Positions 36,848 through 48,123 of a stretch of DNA of 64,000 nt are shown here, one piece after another. The stretch covers positions 8,930,001 through 8,994,000 of the forward strand of contig CM075997.1 of NCBI GenBank assembly GCA_038087875.1. Reading direction: 5' to 3'. The notes beneath the pieces were generated by a model. It saw only the letters and a list, made by a program, of their open reading frames with translations, ran no database searches and had not been told where the DNA came from. Position 1 is the first letter of the stretch. Every line of letters begins with the position of its first letter. Source of the DNA: Malacoraja senta. Its lineage: Eukaryota. Both the position numbers and the translations under genes were made by a program.

Positions 36848-37789
36848 TGTATATCAAAGTAATGTTCTTGAAACATATGGTGCAAACAAATACCTCCGTG
36901 TTCTGGACGTTGGGTGGTCATTCCAAATTTTAAAGTTTACATTACATCTCCATCTCCAAAAGTGCCTTAGATAAAGCAAGAAAAGTTGTGATTTACAATT
37001 AATTAAGTGCTTTTAAAAAAAAAGTTAAATTAAGGTATCTAAAAGCAGGTACCTTAAAGACAAATAGCCACCTAAGGTGGCGAAAGAATTATAGACTTCT
37101 GTTGATGTTATTTTACAGTGAGCCCCAATCCCTTATTAACACCTCGTAAAAAAAAATAAAAACTACAAACCGTCTTGTTTATTCTTGTATAACTTTATCA
37201 AACTAGCGTTAGTAAAATGCACCCCAAAAAAATAATTTAAAAAAAAATTAGTAATAATAATAATAATAACAAAAATATGCAAAGATAAAATATTAAAGAG
37301 TTAAAAAAAAAAATTAATGTAATTAAACCCCAAATCCAAATATATACCACAACCTATTCTCATTTCTCTAAGTATTTGTACTGTACCAATTTATCTAGCC
37401 AGCTACCCTACAAGCAGGTACCGAGGGGTTAACCTCATTCCTGGATTTTTTCCAAGTTTATGTTGCGTTCCCACTCAAAAAGAAAGAAAGAAAATGTTAG
37501 TAATGTTATAGACATTTTGGTTAATTACAATTTATAAGCAATGGTTTATTCATAATTATTCATATTTACTACACACACTCACATTAGTTTTGTTAAAGTT
37601 AGTTAGTTAATTGTAATTAGCATATAATAGTTAAATACTCATGTTATCTCGTTCTTTGTACGAGAGCTTTTCATTCAAGGTTAAACAATATTGTCCAATA
37701 CATTCCAGACAGATAAGCTCAGTAACTGTCTGAGAAATCCGCCAGTTCCAGCTCCATCTTAGAAATTAAAAAGTTCCATGTTCATTCCT

Positions 37790-38815
37790 TTAGTCGTCTT
37801 CTTCTGATGTTTCCGAGGCTTTCCTCATGAAATCTTCTGCATATTTAAATACTTTTTCTGGGTCCGTAAATGAGCGCTCAATTTCCTTATATGTAATTTT
37901 CATTTTTGCAGGAAAAACAATACCATATCTGACTTTAGAAATACCCCTCAATATGTTTCTTGTCGGTGTAAACAGGTTCATTCTCTGGACAACCTCTGGA
38001 GGATAATCACGGAAAAATCGGATCTTTTCCCCACGATATATCAAATTTTCACCATGAACAATCTTCTTCAGTATAGTTTCCACTGAAGAAATATCAAGAA
38101 ATTTCACAATTATCTGTCTTGGAGCAGCATTTATGCCTCTTGAGACACGTCCAACTCGTTGAACAGTATCTATTCTTAGTTCTCCCGGCAGTTTAAGAAC
38201 CTCTTTTAGTAATTCAATAACGAAAGTACGTGTTTGAGATACATGTTCTTCTCGTCCTTCTCTTACTCCAACGATTCTCAAATTCTGCCTTCTTGCTCTC
38301 GCTTCCAAGTCCAAACATTTGTCACTCATTCTTGCCAGCTTTTCTGCTTCATCTTTCTTTGATTTTTTCAGACTGTTTATTTCCATGATCATCTCTTTCA
38401 TATCACTTTCCATCTCTTCCATTCTCTCGTCAATGTTGTCCATCTTAGCATTTACACCAGAAAGCTTCTTATTATAATCCTTTTCGACTCTAACAATTTC
38501 TGAGTTAAGTTTTTTATCAAACTCATTATGTTGCTTCTTCAGCTCCTTTAACTCATCACAGGCACCATCAATTTTATGAGAAAATATTTCCATATTATTC
38601 TCCATACTCTTAATTGTAGTGGTAATTTCTACAAACATTTCCTTTACCTCCAGCTCTTTCTTTCCTCCTTTTGTAGCCATTTCCAGCACAACTCCTTGGC
38701 TATCGGGCTCGTCCTCAGAACCTTCTTCAGTTGTTTGCAGAGTATCCAACACACTTTTCAGCTGGAGGCTTATAGTGTTTTTTTTTGGTGCGCGTGAACA
38801 AGTCCTCTTGCTCAT
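37790..38815 (-). CDS. L1 ORF1p, 341 aa
   Basis: Coiled coil followed by DLEARARRQNLRIVGV, PRQIIVKF, RFFRDYP, YGIVFPAKM. Confidence 0.93.
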   Translation of the reverse strand: MSKRTCSRAPKKNTISLQLKSVLDTLQTTEEGSEDEPDSQGVVLEMATKGGKKELEVKEMFVEITTTIKSMENNMEIFSHKIDGACDELKELKKQHNEFDKKLNSEIVRVEKDYNKKLSGVNAKMDNIDERMEEMESDMKEMIMEINSLKKSKKDEAEKLARMSDKCLDLEARARRQNLRIVGVREGREEHVSQTRTFVIELLKEVLKLPGELRIDTVQRVGRVSRGINAAPRQIIVKFLDISSVETILKKIVHGENLIYRGEKIRFFRDYPPEVVQRMNLFTPTRNILRGISKVRYGIVFPAKMKITYKEIERSFTDPEKVFKYAEDFMRKASETSEEDD

Positions 38816-38964
38816 TTAAAAGTCCGTTATCTAATGATGTTTTCCTTATGCAAACCAAGCAGCTCCGTTGAGTTATTTTTAACTTTAAAACGGCTTTTTG
38901 ATCATTTTTACGGGAGTAAAGCTCACTGCAGCGTCCTCAATGTTCCATGACGCTACCGGAAGTC

Positions 38965-41950
38965 CAAAATGGAAACATTTGTAACTGCCAAACAACTGAT
39001 TTCCAAAGGATATTTTATGGCAGGCATTGATTTAAAAGATGCCTACTATACAGTACCCATTCAAAAGGGTTATCGCAGATACCTGAAATTTACCTGGATG
39101 GGGCAACTATGGCAGTTTAAAGCGTTGCCTAAATGGGTTAACATCAGCCCAAGACTATTTACCAAGATATTAAACCGGCCTTGGCAACATTGAGAAAACA
39201 GAGACATATTGTCATGGCATATCTTGATGATATTCTAATAGCAGGCAAAACCACGGAGTTGGCTAAATCAGCTGTATTAGCTACAAAACAATTGTTTAAA
39301 ACCCTGGGATTCGTCATACATCCAGATAAATCTAAGTTGACGCCATCCACAACTATGGACTATCTGGGATTCACGATTAACTCAGTCCACATGTCCGTAA
39401 CGTTGTCCAAAGATAAAGCAGCAGAATTGGCACAGACGTGTAACAATTTAATGTGGCAAGTGGCAAGAGTAATTGGCAAAATGGTAGCAGCATTTCCAGC
39501 TACACAATTTGGACCCTGCACTATCAAAACCTACAAAGGGCAAAAGTACAGGCATTAAAACGAAATGCAGGTCACTTTGACCGGACCATGAAATTACCCA
39601 TTGAAGCTATATCAGAGTTCCAGTGGTGGATAGAGCACATTTGGCATAGTTCCAGCCCTATCATCATCAATAACCCAACATAACTATACAAACAGATGCC
39701 AGTGCTCAAGGCTGGTGAGCAACTAATACCATATCCAGCACAGGTGGTAGATGGACTAACCTAGAATCATCTTTGCTACAAACACTGGGCATAAATTATT
39801 TGGAAATGTTGGGTGCGTTTTATGGTTTAAAAGCATATTCTACAAAATGCACCATTTGCATGTTCGTTACAAATTGATAATACCACGGTGGTGGCCTATG
39901 TTAAACCATTTGGGCGGAATAAAATCGATATCATGTGACAATTTGGTCAACAAAATCTGGCAATGGTGTGTCGATAGACATATTTGGCTATCAGCGACTT
40001 ACCTACCAGGTAAGCTAAATACAGTGGCAGACACCAGGTCACGCAAATTCAATGATAAACACCGAATGGATGTTAAATCCTAGAGCTTTTGCTAAAATTA
40101 CAAAGCAATATGGCACACCAGATATCGATCTCTTTGCATCCAGACTAAATCATCAGGTACCAATGTATGTCGTTTGGGAACCAGACCTGAGGCAGCAGCG
40201 ATAGATGCATTTGCGCTGAACTGGGGAAACTATTTATGTTATGCTTTTCCCCCTTCTGCCTCATCAGTAGGGTACTACGCAAAATACAGATGGACTCTGC
40301 TTCAGGTATTTTGATAGTACCAACTGGCCTACACAGCCATGGTTCCCAGTGGTCCTCGACATGGTCATCGAAACTCCTATGACCTTTCCCAGTAGGCCAG
40401 ACCTATTGACGCACCCGGTATCAGGCATAAGTCATCCATGCCATGACAAAATTAACCTACTGGGTAGCAGATTATCAAAAGACCACTGCTGGGCCTGGGA
40501 TTGTCTGACAGGACTATCAACACGATGACAGCGTACCACCATATGTCCACCAGGAAACAATACCTATCGAGCATCAGGAAGTGGGAAAGATACTGCTCGA
40601 CTACTGGGACAACATACTCATCTGCAACCATAACCAATGTACTGGAGTTCCTGGGGGGCCTTCACCATATTGAAGGACTGAGCTACAGCGCCATCTATAC
40701 TGCCAGAAGTGCTCTGTCAGTCTACTTAAAACAAGTACCAGGACAACAGGCCATAGGGTCTCACCCGCTGGTGATCAAACTCATGAGGGGTACATTCAAC
40801 TCCAACCCCCCTAGACCTAGGTACACCCAAATCTGGTATATCAGTGTGGTCCTGACATACCTAAGGGGATGGTCACCAGCCAGGTCTCTCACCCTGGAAC
40901 AGCTAACCCTGAAAACGGTCATGCTGATGGCACTAGTCTCAGCACAAAGAGTCCAGTCCCCCCACTTACTGCGACTGGACAACATGGTTATAACACCAGA
41001 CCGGGTCTCATTCACCATTCAGGAGCTGCTAAAGCAGAGCAGGCCAGGAATTTCAGGCCTAGTTATGGATTTCCGGGCATACCCACCTGACCCACGGTTC
41101 TGTGTCATGACTCACCTACTCACTTACATCAACACAACATGAGATTCCCGAGGGAGAGAAAAAGCCTTATGGGTCAGCCACAAGAAACCTTATGGTCGGG
41201 TGTCAAGCCAAACCATCTCAAGATGGCTCAAGCAGGTACTGGGAGCTGCTGGAGTAGATACTGATGTATATACATCTCACTCCACCAGGGCAGCATCCAC
41301 ATCGGCGGCTAAAAGGATGGACGTACCACTGGACCACATCCTGGCTACAGCGGGGTGGACCATGGAGAAAACGTTCCAAACGTTCTACAACAAGCCGCTA
41401 GCAGAACCTGTGTTATTTGCAGAAAGAGTTTAGAATCTGCAAATATATATTTTAAGCCCGGGGGAGCATTTTGTCTTTTCTTATTGTTTAATAGAAACCA
41501 TTATGATTTACAAACAGATGCATGGTTGATTACGATAACATACTTCCTCCCTTGAAGGACTTCGGCAGCGAGTGAAGTATGAACTGTTACACGGTTTGAA
41601 ATCACAGCTTTAAAATCTTCACGTAGTCACTCACGTGACTCCGAAGTAAAATAGTAAGATTAAACGTGAACTTAACAGTTTGAAGTTTGATCTGTATTTT
41701 ATGAGGAGATACGATGAGGGATTACGTGCCCTCCGCTCCCACCCTCAATTATAGAGATCAACTGGTATCTTAGTTCTCCTTTTCTTTACTATGTTTATTT
41801 CATTTCTTGTGTTTCCTGTGATTCCACACCGCTGCTTTGAAGTATGTCGCGCATGCGTGCTGGACGGGTTCTTCACGTAATCCCTCATCGTAACTCCTCA
41901 TAAAATACAGATCAAACTTCAACTGGTAAGTTCTCGTTTAATCTTACTAT
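38965..41950 (+). mobile_element. DIRS retrotransposon A, 5'-truncated (RT, RNase H, Dam-like methyltransferase, tyrosine recombinase, ICR, right ITR)
   Basis: IDLKDAY, YLDD, TDAS, DLFASRLN..YAFPP, SAQR, HSTRAAS, AGW..FY; ICR ~41618-41728; ends CTTACTAT. Confidence 0.93.
40501..41433 (+). pseudogene. DIRS tyrosine recombinase with one in-frame stop (41140-41142)
   Basis: R-K-HxxR-W-Y catalytic set recognisable (SAQR, LLKQ, HSTR, AGW, TFY). Confidence 0.88.
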
Positions 41951-44895
41951 TATGATATTTAGGATTAATTGTATACGGAATTAATTTCTTATCCACTAAA
42001 AAATAGTCGATACTTGAATAAGTTTTATGTACCGTTGAGTAAAAGGAGTATTCCCTTCCAACTGGATTAGCAATCCTCCATACGTTATATTTGTGTTTTT
42101 TATGTATGTATTTTGGAGTTCACTGGCTTTAGATTTTATATTAATCCTCTTTTGTTGTGCAGATTTATCCAGGTATGGATCTAAAACGCAATTGAACTCT
42201 CCCGCAATTATCACATTTTGATAATTAAACTCTGAAATTATATCCAAGATTTTATTGAAGAATTGAGGATTATCAAAGTTAGGAGCATAAATATTTACCA
42301 AGGTAAGTGGGGTAGAATTATGTCATAATCTCTGTCGTGATTATGACATACCTCCCCTCTTTATCTGTTATACTATTCTTTGATTTAAATGGTATACCTT
42401 TACGAATAATAATTGCCGTGCCTCTAGGTTTAAAGATATATGAAGAGTAATATGTTTGACCAATCCAATTTGCCTTCAGTCTGATCTGAGCTTGACGCTT
42501 CAAGTGTGTTTCCTGTAAGAAAATTATGTCAGCATTGAATGATTTTAATTGGGCGAAAATCTTAACCCTTTTAATTGGCTCATTAGCGCCCCTTATATTC
42601 CAGCTACAAAACGTGATTCCTCCAGTTTTCTTTTGTTTATCGTCTTGCATTTTAAATCATTTGGATATTTTTAAGTCATATGGTGCAACACAGTACCTCA
42701 GACCTCTAGGTGTTGGGTGGGTATCCGCGGCTATTAGGTTCTGTTGGTGTATCCCTTTCAAAATTAACCTTAAAAAAGACAGAAAAGTGTAACGTGACAT
42801 AGAAATAAAAAAGAGTGATATTACAGCATCTGATAATAGCGATCCTTTAAAAAAAACTAATGGTGGTAGCTACGTATTTTAGAATTTCCGTTGATGTTAA
42901 TTTACATTAAGCTCCGCTCCCTTAACCAAAAATTGTAAGAGGGTCCAGTTCAAGGCCAAGTATTATATAGAGACATTTCGAACTTGTATCTTTCATTAAA
43001 TCTTCGGATAAACTCGCATTTACTATATAATAATAAGTATTACGTTTTACTTCACAGTCAGATCCCAGTATCTAATAGTAGTGCCAAGCTGGTTGGAAGG
43101 GGTTAATCGGAATCAGATTCTTGGCTATATGCCAAGTGTCTGAGTCGCTTCCCCTCTTCTTACGCATAACTGGGAAATTACCTTCCCGAATCTGTTATAT
43201 ATGTTTTAATTTATTAATATTATGTTAACATATATCAATATATTTAACTCATCCTCCTAAATCTAAAATGCATTAACAGTTTTGAAACCGTTAAGAAGAA
43301 AGAAAAAGCAACCCCCTCCATCCCCGAGGGGTTAGTCATTATTTAGTTATACTAATTCATATTATATTGCTATTGCTAAGTTAATTCAATTAGTTAAGTA
43401 TTAGTATAAGATTTCAAAAATCTTTTAAATTATAATTTTTTATTATCAAGTCCATTTGTATTGTTTTTTCCCTGTAGCACGGCTCCAGTTTGTTTATAAG
43501 TCTTTCATTCGGAGAAAAAACAGTTCGTCCTTGGGTTAGCATTCCGAAGAAGATAAGGTGTCTAGACATCGCCTCATGTCCCATTCCACCATCTTAACGA
43601 GAGCATTTATAATTTATTTTATTAAAAAGTCATCTTTTCAGCATCCTAAAGAACCAGTCCTGATAGTCGTGCTCTTTAACTTATCTGTTATTCTCGTTTA
43701 CAATATCTTGTGCATGTTTATATGCCTCTTCTGGGTCAGTAAACGCACGTTCCACACATTAATAAGTGATCCTCATTTTGCAGGGTACATTATCCCGTAG
43801 CGTACATTTTGAATTCCTTTCACGATCTGTCTTGCCTTTGTGAACAGATCCCATTTTTTAACTATTTCTGCTGGGTAATCTCTGAAAAATCTGAGATTGC
43901 CCTCTTCAAACATCAGATTCGTTCCAAAAGGAATGTTTCTCATAATGTCTTCCAGAACAGAAATGTCATGAAATTTCACTATGATCTGTCTCGGAGGGGC
44001 TCCTAGCCTTGATTGAGCTCTTCGCACTCGATGTGCCACATCTATTTTCGGTTTATCAGGCAGCTTGAATACTTGTTTAAGTAAGTTGGCAGCGAACTCC
44101 CGGGAGTCCTTTCCAGTTTCCCTCCCCTATCTTACTCCAACTATTCTTAAATTCTGCCTTCTTGATCGTGCTTCCAGATAAATGCATTTGTCAGTCATTT
44201 TGGCCAGTTGCCCCGAGACACGCTCTTGATCTTTCCTCATTCTCTTCAACTCTTCCGACATTTCCTTCATCGCAGTTTCCATATCCTTCATAGCATTGCT
44301 ATATGCTGTAGTGGTATGGAGAACAGATTCCAACTCATTACTGCAATCTTTCTCAACCCGTTTGATTTCTGCACTTAAATCCTCCTCAACATCATCAATA
44401 CGTTTACTTAGAACATTAATTGAATCAATGATTTCCTTATTTCCAAGCTTCATGCTTTTAGACAAACTTTTATCCAGTGTAGAATTCTCGTCGTGTAGCA
44501 TATTAGCAAAGTCTTTAGATACTGAGGCTCTTACCGATTGCTCCATTTGTTCCATCTGTTTCTCCTTTGTCGCCATTTCACTGGCTAATCTTTGAGCTTC
44601 AGCTTCTTCTTCGGAACTTTCTGATGTTGTTTGCAGAGTTTTGCCCAGCTCTTTAACACGGAGTCTTGTGGTAGGTCTCTGGGAACGATTCCTTTTTTTG
44701 CATTTAAATGTGCCGTTATACTCCGTCATTTTGCGGCGATTTCTGATGACGTCAGGTTCGCGAAGTCAGGCAGCTCCGATAAGTAATTTTAAATCGGTCC
44801 CCTCTTCCAAAACGTATTTTAAGCGATTTAACGCATTCAACGGGAGCGGAGCTGAATGTTGCGCCTCTTACTGCTCCATGGCGCCACCGGAAGTC
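41951..44895 (-). mobile_element. L1-c 5' half (5' UTR, ORF1, spacer, endonuclease), copy A
   Basis: GACTTCCGGTGGCGCCATGG 5' end; frameshifted ORF1 from 44729; ORF2 start MQDDKQKKTGGITFCSWNIRG at 42650. Confidence 0.92.
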
Positions 44896-45646
44896 ACAAA
44901 CAAATCAACTTTTAAACTAAGAAATTCATCTCTTCTTTCACCAATAGATAATAACCCGTCGTTTATGCCATCTATTATAGATAAAACCTATACTTATTGG
45001 GAAAGACTAGGAATTAAAAAGCTTGGAGATCTCTACGAGATGGGAAATCTCCTGTCATTTCAGAAATTACAGTCGAAATACAGTCTGAAAGGTAATCAAT
45101 ATTTTAGATATCTTCAAATTAGAGATTATTTGAAAACATATACCCATGATTATAAAACTCTGCTGCCAGATATATTAGACGAAGATATGAATAGAACCTC
45201 GGAGTCAAACAATCTAACATCATACTTGTATAATACCCTTATAAATATAGAAATGCCATCGTCAGACGCAATTAGAAGAGAATGGGAAGAGGAACTAGGC
45301 CTAAAAATTTCTAAAGACAGATGGGAAAAAACTTTTATATATACATAATTGTTCGATTAATGTTAGACACATTTAATCCAATTTAAAACACGGCACAGAC
45401 ACTACTACTCAAAGACTACACTGAATAAGATGTTTCTCAAATGTATCTCCTATTTGTGGCAAATGTCTCCTTCAAGAAGCAACTATAACACATTCCTTTG
45501 CCTCCTGAATCAAACTGCATAATTTATGGAAAGGAATTTTAGAAATGTTCTCAAAAACATTAATAACAAAACTGGACCCCCATACGGAACTGAGTATTTT
45601 CGGAACAGCAGAAGCCTGCCCTGAGCTAACAATATTCCAGTTAGTC
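44896..45646 (+). mobile_element. L1 ORF2 3' fragment in opposite orientation (host of L1-c)
   Basis: KLRNSSLLSPIDNNP, YFRYLQIRDY, WEEELG. Confidence 0.88.
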
Positions 45647-47956
45647 TAACAGCGGTATTGGCGAAACTGCTAGTCAGTTATTAATGATGGGATAGCAGCA
45701 CATTTAGAAAGTGGTGAAATCATTGGACAAAGTCAGCATGGATTTATGAAAGGTAATTCATGTCTGACGAATCTTATAGAATTTTTCGAGGATGTAACTA
45801 ATGGAGTGGATAAGGGAGAACCAGTAGATGTGTTATATCTGGACTTTCAGAAGGCTTTCGACAAGGTCCCACATAAAGAGATTAGTATACAAACTTAAAG
45901 CACACGGTATTGGGGGATCAGTATTGATGTGGATAGAGAACTGGCTGGCAGACAGGAAGCAAAGAGTAGGAGTAAACTGGTCTTTTTCAGAATGGCAGGC
46001 AGTGACTAGTAGGGTACCGCAAGGCTCAATGCTGGGACCTCAGCTATTTACAATATATATTAATGATTTGGACGAGGGAATTGAATGCAACATCTCCAAG
46101 TTTGCGGATGACACGAAGCTGGGGGGCAGTGTTAGCTGTGAGGAGGATGCCAGGCGGCTGCAAGGAGACTTGGATAGACCGCGTGAGTGGGCAAATGCAT
46201 GGCAGATGCAGTATAATGTGGATAAATGTGTTTTGTTATCCACTTTGGTGGCAAAAACAGGCAAGCAGAATATTATCTGAATGGTGGCCGATTAGGAAAA
46301 GGGGAGATAACGATATAACCATTACAGCACGGAAAAAGGCCATCTCGGCCCTTCAAGTCCGTGCGGAACAATTGGTTTTCTTTTTTTTCCATTCTTTCTT
46401 CTTACTGCCCCCTAGTCCCATCTACCTGCACTCAGACCATATCCCTCCATTCCTTTCCCGTCCATATACCCATCCAATCTATTTTTAAAAGATAAAATCG
46501 AACCTGCCTCCACCACTTCCACTGGAAGCTCATTCCACACAGCTACCCCTCTCTGAGTAAAGAAGTTCCCCCTAATGTTACCCCTAAACTTCTGTCCCTT
46601 AATTCTCGTCATGTCCCCTTGTTTGAATCTTCCCTACTCTCAATGGGAAAAGCTTATCCACGTCAAATCTGTCTAACCCGCTCATCATTTTAAAGACCTC
46701 TATCAAGTCCCCCCTTAACCTTCTGCGCTCCAAAGAATAAAGACCTAACTTGTTCAACCTTTATCTGTAACTTAATTGCTGAAACCCAGGCAACATTCTA
46801 GTAAATCTCCTCAGTACTCTCTCTACTTTGTTAACATCCTTCCTATAATTAGGCGACCAAAATTGTACTCCATACACCAGAATTGGACTCACCAATGCCT
46901 TGTACAATTTTAACATTACATCCCAACTTCTATATTCAATGCTCTGATATATAAAGGCCAACACACGAAAAGCTTTCTTTACCACGCTAACAACATGAGA
47001 TTCAACCTTCAGTGAACTATGCACAGTTATTCCTAGATCCCTCTGTTCAACTGCATTCCTCATTTCGCTACCATATACCATGTACGTCCTATTTTGATTT
47101 GTCCTGCCGAGATGTAGCACCTCACATTTATCAGCATTAAACTCCATCTGCCATCTTTCAGCCCACTCTTCCAAATGGCCTAAATCTCTCTGTAGACTTT
47201 GAAAATCTACTTCATTATCCACAACACCACCTACGCAACGAGACCTGGGTGTCATGGTACACCAGTCATTGAAAGTAGGCATGCAGGTGCAGCAGGCAGT
47301 GTAAAAAGCGAATCGTATGTTCGCATTCATAGCAAAGGGATTTGAGTATAGGAGCTGGGAGGTTCTACTGAAGTTGTACAGGGTCTTGGTGAGACCACAC
47401 CTGGAGTATTGCGTGCAGTTTTGGTCTCCTAATTTGAGGAAATATATTCGTGCAATAGTGGGAGTACAGAGAAGGTTCACCAGACTGATTCCTGGGATGT
47501 CAGGACTTTCATATGAAGAAAGACTGGAGAGACTTGGCTTGTACTCGCTAAAATTTAGAAGCTTGAGGGAGGATCTTATAGAAACTTACAAAATCTTAAG
47601 GGGTTGGACAGGCTAGATGCAGGAAGATTGTCCCGATGTTGGGGAAATCCAGAACAAGGTGTCACAGTTTAAGGATAAGGGGATATATTTTAGGACCGAG
47701 ATGAGTAAAACATTTTCACACAGAGAGTAGTGAATCTCTAGAATTCTCTGCCACAGATTGTATTTGAGGCCAGTTCATTGGCTATAATTAAGAGGGAGTT
47801 ACATGTGGCCCTTGTGGCTGAAGGTATAAGTGGGTATGGAGAGAAGGCAGGTACAGGATACTGAGTACGATGATCAGCCATGATCATATTGAATGGCGGT
47901 GCAGGCTCGAAGGGCCGAATGGCCTACTCCTGCACCTATTTTCTATGTATCTATGT
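45647..47956 (+). mobile_element. CR1 RT fragment interrupted by an inverted CR1
   Basis: QHGFMKG, VPQGSMLGP, FADDTKLG; GGGGAGAT|GCAACGAGACC rejoins across 46308/47235; tail at ~47940. Confidence 0.9.
46309..47233 (-). mobile_element. 5'-truncated CR1 of the second subfamily
   Basis: Reverse-complement homolog of ~9298-10230. Confidence 0.92.
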
Positions 47957-48123
47957 AACGCCACTTTCTTCTTTCTTTCAATCTTTTCCTTTTCTAGTGT
48001 AAAATATAAATGGAGTACATTAATTGTAAGAAGATATAAATGACAAGTACTAATGTATGTGGTTGTAATGTAATGTACTTCTAATAAAATACAAATTAAA
48101 AAAAAAAAAATTAAAAAAAAAGA
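47957..48123 (+). mobile_element. L1-a family 3' UTR fragment with poly(A)
   Basis: Near-identical to ~19433-19560. Confidence 0.9.

Larger units (their letters stand above)
32718..38964 (-). mobile_element. Full-length L1 LINE (L1-b) with both ORFs open
   Basis: 5' GACTTCCGGTAGCGTCATGG; ORF1, ~940 bp spacer, ORF2, 3' UTR, AATAAA, poly(A). Confidence 0.96.

Noticed and set aside
40121..41433. Dam-like methylase plus phage-type integrase as a bacterial or phage insertion
   Set aside because: Both are standard DIRS domains, lying here between RT/RNase H and the ICR/ITR
44641..47480. ORFs 44641-45348 and 46761-47480 as novel fusion genes
   Set aside because: Chance read-through across junctions of oppositely oriented elements
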